From contig NC_068990.1 of the NCBI RefSeq assembly GCF_001194135.2, positions 15,928,320 to 15,965,604 of the forward strand: a DNA stretch of 37,285 nucleotides, in the 5' to 3' direction. This DNA is from Octopus bimaculoides (taxonomy: Eukaryota). Every line of letters begins with the position of its first letter. The stretch's first letter is position 1. A program made the translations under genes and the position numbers. This document shows positions 36,481-37,285 of this stretch, in pieces. The notes beneath the pieces were generated by a model that searched no databases, was not told where the DNA came from, and saw only the letters and a list, made by a program, of their open reading frames with translations.

Positions 36481-36524
36481 TTTTCTGTTTTCATTATTAT
36501 TATTATTATTTTTATTATTTAGAA

Positions 36525-37062
36525 GGTGATGAGCTGGCAGAATTGTTAGCATACTAGGCGAAATGCTTAGCAGTATTTCACCCATCTCTCCATTCTGGGT
36601 TCAATTTCTACCTTGGCCAACTTCCTTTCATCGTTTCAGGGTTGATAAATTAATTATCAGTGGAACACTGAGGTCGATGTAATCAACTAGTCCCCTTCCC
36701 CTAAATTTCATTATGTTCTGAGGTCGACTTTGCTTTTCATCCTTTTGGGGGTTGATGAAATAAGTACTAGTTGTGCACTGGGGTGGATGTAATTGACCTG
36801 CCCCCTCCCCTTAATTTCAGGCCTTGTGCCTTTAGTAGAAAGGATTATTATTTTTATTTTAGGTGGTGAGCTGGCAGAATCATTAGCATGCCAGGCGAAA
36901 TGCTTAGTAGTATTTCGCCTGCCGCTACATTCTGAGTTCAAATTCCGCCGTGGTTGTCATCCTTTCGGAGTCAATAAATTAAGTACCAGTGAAACACTGG
37001 GGTCGATGTAATCAACTAGTACCCTCCCCCAAATTTCAGGCCTTGTACTTTTAGTAGAAAGG
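36525..37062 (+). mobile_element. Three head-to-tail Meta/MESC-like SINEs (36525-36709, 5'-truncated 36710-36843, 36862-37062)
   Basis: Heads ggtg.tgagctggcagaat with B box g(a/g)gttcaa(a/t)ttc; central tttcatcctttcggggtcgataaa-like domain; the last two copies end gtagaaaggattatt. Confidence 0.85.
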
Positions 37063-37285
37063 ATTATTATTATTATTATTATTATTATTCAGTAGTTTTA
37101 TTTTTATAACGTGCTTTCACTTCACTACCGAGCGCAGCTCTGTGCGCCTTGGGTATGTGCTGTGGTTTGCTGTGGTGCTCTTATGTTTACTGTATTGAAA
37201 GTGTTTTGCGTAGAATGTGTGCAGTACCCAGTAGTGCAATTTTCTGTATGTTATATATATTTGTAAGTCCTGGTGTTTTTGTTAT
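37063..37285 (-). mobile_element. 3' end of an intact-looking R4/Dong-clade LINE with (AAT)9 tail; runs off the window
   Basis: 37285-37187 reads ITKTPGLTNIYNIQKIALLGTAHILRKTLSIQ* with no disruption, then a 97-bp 3' UTR and (ATT)9 at 37063-37089. Confidence 0.85.

Noticed and set aside
36862-36950. tRNA genes at SINE heads (also 5337, 8722, 30900-30980)
   Set aside because: A/B boxes are present but continue into SINE body sequence and no cloverleaf could be formed by eye.

Overview
Eukaryotic, AT-rich, repeat-dominated genomic DNA with three assembly gaps (524-1218, 3080-3520, 25893-26601). The SINE families, microsatellite load and TTAGGG repeat type look like an octopus/cephalopod scaffold (inference, not a database result). 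No host protein-coding exon could be identified with confidence; most of the ORF track is microsatellite or N-gap artefact. Recognisable content is transposon debris: tRNA-derived SINEs (CORE/V-like and Meta/MESC-like), LINE fragments (RTE, CR1/L2 group, R4/Dong, CRE-like), a Penelope-like RT, mariner remnants and a Helitron helicase tail. The most distinctive part is 9.1-18.3 kb, a cluster of GG-terminated TIR elements, at least three tied to Merlin/IS1595-type transposases. It includes a 207-bp MITE with a perfect 9-bp TSD whose TIRs end internally in telomeric repeats, (CCCTAA)n-spacer-(TTAGGG)n, and a 32-bp scar of the same TIR that frameshifts a second Merlin transposase.
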